Assembly (NCBI GenBank): GCA_014728035.1
Contig: WJMJ01000131.1
Coordinates: 32,001-96,000, forward strand
Reading direction: 5' to 3'
Source: Promethearchaeota archaeon
GTDB lineage: Archaea > Asgardarchaeota > Thorarchaeia > Thorarchaeales > Thorarchaeaceae
Length of the DNA stretch: 64,000 nucleotides
In this document: positions 59,694 through 64,000 of the stretch, piece after piece
Position numbering within the stretch: position 1 is the first letter of the stretch
Layout: every line of letters starts with the position of its first letter
Position numbers and translations under genes: made by a program
Notes under the pieces: model-generated
Databases searched by the model: none
What the model was told of the DNA's origin: nothing
Seen by the model: only the letters and a program-made list of their open reading frames with translations

Positions 59694-60641
59694 TCACAAA
59701 CGAGGGGCTGGAATGTACCATTCTTCAAGAGATATCTGTGATTGTGTGTCGAGAATATCTTGATTCCCATATACCGAACGAATGAATTCGTTGTACTCTC
59801 GTACACTTGAAACACGTACAGTGGCAAATAAGCTGAATTCTTCTCCAACTCTATGAAGATCCCACACCTCATCCAGGGATACTATCTGTTGAGCAACCTG
59901 TGATACTTTTCCAGGCCTTGGACGAATCCTCAAAAAGAATTTGATAGGTAAATCAACATACGAAAAATCGATGTCAATAGAGTATCCAATGATGCATTTC
60001 TGTCGCTCTAATCGTTTCATCCCCTTTGAAATAGCAGGCTGACTTAGAGGAACTGATAGAGACTCACCAATCTCCTGCTGAGTTGGAGGATATGGCCTCT
60101 CTGGAGTGGGTGCAGTTCGACGGAGCGTATTTAATAAATCCCAGTCGTTTTGAGATATAATAGGTGTACCTACCTTTATAGGAGGTACTATTAACCCATG
60201 TGTCTTGTAAGTTGCTAAGACTTGAACGATATTGTATGTTTGTGAAAGCGACTTAGCAGTAACAGTGTCCACTACGTCAAGAAACTTCTCAAATGCATGA
60301 GCATCTCTAAAACGAAAAAGTCCAATGAGAGAATGGTCACCAGTCAACCCATCCAGCCACTCTAAGTCAGGCATGGCAATCAAGGCCTTGCTTATGTCAA
60401 TCTCACGAGGATTGGTCTTTAATAACAAAAGACTACTCCGTTCTGCATACACATATGCAGGATTCAGGATTGCTAGATATGAACGAATAATACCCCATTT
60501 TACTAATTTCTTGATCGTTCTTGAAACCCAATTCCTTCCCTTTTTCTTTTCCATCTTCTTTCCAAGTGATGAAATGCTAGTACGGGAGTCGGTAAGAAGT
60601 AAAAAAAGTAAGTTCTTTTGACTATCAGTAATTTTTTGCAT
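59694..60641 (-). CDS. Tandem Lrp/AsnC-family transcriptional regulator
   Basis: Two HTH plus RAM repeats (LLTDSRTSIS..GII, TGDHSL; QQEIG..LSQPAIS, VGEEFSL). Confidence 0.85.
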   Translation of the reverse strand: MQKITDSQKNLLFLLLTDSRTSISSLGKKMEKKKGRNWVSRTIKKLVKWGIIRSYLAILNPAYVYAERSSLLLLKTNPREIDISKALIAMPDLEWLDGLTGDHSLIGLFRFRDAHAFEKFLDVVDTVTAKSLSQTYNIVQVLATYKTHGLIVPPIKVGTPIISQNDWDLLNTLRRTAPTPERPYPPTQQEIGESLSVPLSQPAISKGMKRLERQKCIIGYSIDIDFSYVDLPIKFFLRIRPRPGKVSQVAQQIVSLDEVWDLHRVGEEFSLFATVRVSSVREYNEFIRSVYGNQDILDTQSQISLEEWYIPAPRL

Positions 60642-60728
60642 ATAATACTAAATGAATTAATGCAAAATATTATTTACGGTGATGGAGGATTGATATAGAC
60701 GCATAGCAACGATTGTTTTGTGATTACA

Positions 60729-61776
60729 ATGGCAGATTACAAAGTCAAAGACATCGACCTTGCTGAAGAAGGAAGGATGTTAATTGAATATGCAGAGAAA
60801 CACATGCCAGTCCTCATGCATCTTAGAGAGAAATATTCCCAATCAAAACCTCTCAAGGGTATGAGAATAGCTGGGTGCCTCCATGTCACTAAAGAAACAG
60901 CTGTTCTTGTAGAAACACTCCAAGCAGTTGGAGCAGAAGTGGCTTGGTCAGGTTGTAACCCATTATCTACCAACGATAAAGTTGCAGCTGGATTAGCCGC
61001 GAATGACGTTCCGGTGTTTGCATGGCATGGACTGAATACAGAAGAATATTATTGGTGTATTGAAGAAACCCTGAAGAGAGAACCAACTCTTACTCTTGAT
61101 GATGGTGCGGATCTGATTTTCACATTGCACAACAAACATCAAGACCTTATCCCAAATTTGTACGGTGGCTCGGAAGAAACAACTACAGGTGTGATTCGTG
61201 TTAGAGCAATGGCAGAAGATGGTGCACTGAAGTACCCGATAATGGCAGTAAATGATGCGGACACAAAACACCTGTTTGATAACAGATATGGAACTGGACA
61301 GAGCGTCTTTGATGGGGTTCTTAGAGCATCAGCAATTCTGATTGCTGGAAAAACAGTGGTTATTGGAGGATATGGCTTCTGCGGCAGAGGTATGGCTGAA
61401 CGTGCAAGAGGCCTTGGTGCAAATGTCATCGTTACAGAGGTTGATCCTGTAAGAGGTTTACAGGCAAGAATGGACGGATACAGAGTCATGAAAATGGATG
61501 AGGCAGCTTCTGAAGGTGATTTGTTTCTAACAGCAACTGGAATGAAGGATGTCATAACTGGCGAGCATATGAAAGTCATGAAAGATGGTGCATTGATGGG
61601 AAATGCAGGACACTATAATGTAGAAATTAACGAACCGCACCTGATTGAGCTAAGTACAGGTAAACGCCGTGTTCGACACGCTCTTGACGAGTACAAGATG
61701 AAAGATGGCCGACGCCTCTATCTACTAGGCGAAGGTCGACTAGTCAATCTTGCGGCTGCCGAGGGTCATCCTAGTG
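60729..61776 (+). CDS. ahcY: Adenosylhomocysteinase (SAH hydrolase), exon 1
   Basis: MPVL, GCLHVT, CNPLST, DDGADL, EETTTG, KHLFDNRYGTGQS, GYGFCGRG and GRLVNLAAAEGHPS motifs. Confidence 0.95.
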
Positions 61777-61807
61777 AGAGGCAAGCATTTGGTGCTGCTT
61801 CCTAGAA
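61777..61807 (+). other. Putative 31-nt bulge-helix-bulge (archaeal endonuclease-type) intron in the ahcY mRNA
   Basis: CTAG-TGA...CTAG-AAA central helix and bulges with an internal hairpin. Excision after the second nucleotide of each bulge gives CAT CCT AGT GAA GTG ATG (HPSEVM) in frame. Confidence 0.82.
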
Positions 61808-62016
61808 AAGTGATGGACCTCTCGTTCGCAGGACAACTCAATGCAATGATCTGGATGGCAAAACACGGTAAAGACCTGAAACCAGCTGTCTATGAGTTTC
61901 CAGAAGAATTAGACAAGCAGACTGCAATGGCAAAACTTGAAACCATGGGAATCAAAATCGACAAGTGGACTCCAGAACAAGAAGCATATGCTAAAGCCTA
62001 TGCAGAAGGAACTTGA
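61808..62016 (+). CDS. ahcY: Adenosylhomocysteinase, exon 2
   Basis: VMDLSFAGQ...PEELD..A.AKL..MGIKID..TPEQ.AY...GT is the conserved AhcY C-terminus, in a different frame from exon 1. Confidence 0.93.
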
Positions 62017-62067
62017 TAGATGAGTTCCAAGCGGCAGAGTCTAGCCAAATCCGGTACAGGAGTGCCC

Positions 62068-62367
62068 TTAAGCTCTCCTGTACTCTTTTACTTTCATCAT
62101 AATTTTGTAACCATCAATTCCCATAGCACGAAGATATGCATCCAAAGGAAGAATATCTCCTTCATCAGAACGGATACCAACAAGGTATTCTGCTACCACC
62201 TGTGTTACTTCACGAATCAACCGTTTCTCTTTTCCAAATAATTTTGCAAAGAATCCCCAATCAAATATTCGCATATGCTTCTTCATCGCAGATGGGTCTT
62301 GTTTAATTTTTTTCTGAACTTCCTTGACAACATAGTCAACGAGTTCCTGTCGAGAGGATTTTGTCAA
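62068..62367 (-). CDS. Hypothetical protein
   Basis: 99-aa ORF filling the intergenic gap; protein-like composition. Confidence 0.6.
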   Translation of the reverse strand: MTKSSRQELVDYVVKEVQKKIKQDPSAMKKHMRIFDWGFFAKLFGKEKRLIREVTQVVAEYLVGIRSDEGDILPLDAYLRAMGIDGYKIMMKVKEYRRA

Positions 62368-62566
62368 AGGATATCACTGAAAGAATGTGCTTTCAAGAGA
62401 ATATAAGGAATCGTTGTTCAGAAGAAGTCGAAAGATGGAAAATAAATCAATGAGAACTTATTGTCAAGCAAACTTACCGAAATGTAACTTCAAGCATTCA
62501 AGAGAAAACAGATAACAAAGGACTTTTCAGGAATGAAAATGAAATATAGTTAATGAGGTTAGAAAT

Positions 62567-62818
62567 TTGGACGATAAAAAGATAGGTGAAATTTCACAAT
62601 ATTTCCACAACATCAGTGTAGCCGCAATCATGCTTAGTGACGAACTCAAAGAAGGAGACCAAATACACATCAAAGGTGCAACCACCGACTTTAAACAAAA
62701 GGTCAAGTCCATGGAGATAGAACGCGAGTCTGTTGAAAAAGGAGAAAAAGGACAGGAAATTGCAATCAAAGTCAAAGATCGTGTAAGAGAGAATGATGAA
62801 GTCTTCCTAGTCGAATAA
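62567..62818 (+). CDS. Translation elongation factor-like beta-barrel protein (peptidase U32 C-terminal-like)
   Basis: IGEISQYF..ISVA, LKEGD.IHIKG.TTDF.Q.VKSMEI and RVRENDEVF motifs; TTG start after GAGG. Confidence 0.85.
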   Translation: MDDKKIGEISQYFHNISVAAIMLSDELKEGDQIHIKGATTDFKQKVKSMEIERESVEKGEKGQEIAIKVKDRVRENDEVFLVE

Positions 62819-62843
62819 CATTACAAACTTATTCTGATTGTCA

Positions 62844-62871
62844 GGAGAGGGAAGGATTTCTTCCCTACTCC
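62844..62871. terminator. Bidirectional hairpin between convergent genes
   Basis: GGAG-AGGGAAG-GATTT-CTTCCCT-A-CTCC. Confidence 0.65.
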
Positions 62872-62875
62872 AGTT

Positions 62876-64000
62876 CTAAAACATAGCAAATAGAACACCT
62901 TGCGGGAGCACTAACAGCTGTAAGAGAAAAGCTTGGAATACAGCAGTCAAGATAGTTCGATTCCCCAATCTCTGGATAATGTTACCACCGACCATTACCA
63001 AAGCTAGAATCAACAGACCTTGAAGAGACCCAATCATTCCAGATGTTGATCCAAGAGCGTACCATAATCCGGTCAAAAAGAAGAAGGGAAGGAATCCTAT
63101 CAAGGTGTTCCATATCAACAGACGAGAGCCTTCAACCTCTCGTTTCAAGGCAATCTGAAATTCAACTTGACCAACATAGAACCCAATTGTGGTAAATATT
63201 GTAAAGATAATCAACCACACAAAACGCTCATTCAGAGGGAAAATGAAGTATATACCAGACCTACCAAATATCGCAGACCAGAGTATGATAGCCGATGCAA
63301 CAACAAGTGCTAGAAGGAATTTTGAATTGGTCAAAGAAGAGATATCGAATTGCATATCCAACTTGAAGTTTCCTTTAGTTCCTCCTACTTTTCCCTGCCA
63401 ATAGAGAATCATGAAGAGAATTCCATAGCTGCCTATGAAACCAACATATACTATATTGAATACAGGAATACCGATAGGAATCATGAAAAAGACCATTGCA
63501 AGTAAAATGAATATGGGAATCGCACCTAGCCACAGAACTAATTTTCGCGTGAGGAACTTTCGTTCATCAACTATTTCAATTCCATACTCCCCGCGTCCGG
63601 AATCATAAGTGCTCATAAGGGGATCAGCAAATCCAAGCAGCAAGAAGATACCGATTATCCCTGTTAGCCAGAGTGCTTTTCGAACAACTGCAGTATTTGG
63701 ATAACTTGGAGGAGATATGGAAAATGTGTCAGCGATAAAATTCTTTGAGATATCTATTGCCTCGGGATTGTAAACCTCATAGTTATGAAACAGCCACGGA
63801 AGAATAACTAATTCTCGTGAATAAGTAGATGTGCCACCTTCTGTGAGATTATTGAGAAGCAGTTGTGCAGATTCAGGTGGTAAGATATCATCGAATTCTC
63901 CAATTAGTAGAAGTATGTCTGTGGACGGAGTGGAACCGTTCAAAGACTGTACCCATTCAAGATTTGCATCTTGCACACCAGTAAAGAACTCAGATTGTAC
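62876..64000 (-). CDS. Membrane-bound alpha/beta hydrolase-like protein, 5'-partial
   Basis: Frame is open to the window end. LLLIGEFDDIL and FHNYE, followed by many TMs, match the architecture of 56238-58001. Confidence 0.72.
   Translation of the reverse strand, partial: VQSEFFTGVQDANLEWVQSLNGSTPSTDILLLIGEFDDILPPESAQLLLNNLTEGGTSTYSRELVILPWLFHNYEVYNPEAIDISKNFIADTFSISPPSYPNTAVVRKALWLTGIIGIFLLLGFADPLMSTYDSGRGEYGIEIVDERKFLTRKLVLWLGAIPIFILLAMVFFMIPIGIPVFNIVYVGFIGSYGILFMILYWQGKVGGTKGNFKLDMQFDISSLTNSKFLLALVVASAIILWSAIFGRSGIYFIFPLNERFVWLIIFTIFTTIGFYVGQVEFQIALKREVEGSRLLIWNTLIGFLPFFFLTGLWYALGSTSGMIGSLQGLLILALVMVGGNIIQRLGNRTILTAVFQAFLLQLLVLPQGVLFAMF

Noticed and set aside
61770-61805. ahcY insert as a transposon footprint with a CCTAG target-site duplication, or as a programmed frameshift
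   Set aside because: Removing the sequence between the CCTAG repeats gives HPRKVM, not the conserved HPSEVM. A ribosomal frameshift would leave about 10 foreign residues in the active-site motif. The repeat is explained by the self-complementary BHB helix. Not fully excluded without RNA data.
61750-62016. 88-aa ORF as an independent gene
   Set aside because: Its N-terminus is out-of-frame ahcY and intron sequence; the rest is the AhcY C-terminus.
62017-62067. Possible SAM/SAH riboswitch after ahcY
   Set aside because: It has only two tiny stems, lies downstream of the gene, and lacks recognisable consensus motifs.
132-63404. Numerous antisense and overlapping ORFs in the track (e.g. 132-650, 2456-3004, 44959-45501, 57713-58252)
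   Set aside because: They are shadows of well-supported genes on the other strand or frame and have no recognisable motifs.

Overview
Gene-dense archaeal chromosome segment. The taxon is inferred to be an Asgard archaeon, probably Thorarchaeia, from gene content. It holds the exosome/proteasome superoperon (1-6.2 kb), a Zn/Mn ABC transporter, and a tungsten aldehyde:ferredoxin oxidoreductase. A large redox region follows: group 3b [NiFe] sulfhydrogenase, two tandem-type HdrA proteins (one fused to MvhD), three HdrBC pairs, a split 2-oxoacid:ferredoxin oxidoreductase and a six-gene complex-I-like group 4 [NiFe] hydrogenase. Then come a 2-hydroxyacyl-CoA dehydratase/CoA ligase cluster and a methyl-cycle cluster (core methionine synthase-like gene, Lrp regulator, ahcY). 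Main finding: ahcY (SAH hydrolase) is interrupted by a 31-nt insert (61777-61807) that folds into an archaeal bulge-helix-bulge (BHB) splicing motif. Cutting at the canonical tRNA-splicing-endonuclease positions restores both the reading frame and the conserved GHPSEVMD motif, making it a candidate mRNA intron in a metabolic gene. A weaker in-frame candidate lies in the proteasome alpha gene. A 17-codon Lys-rich micro-ORF with a strong Shine-Dalgarno site lies at 30005. No tRNA, rRNA, CRISPR array or transposase was recognised. All family assignments are from motif recognition, not database searches.
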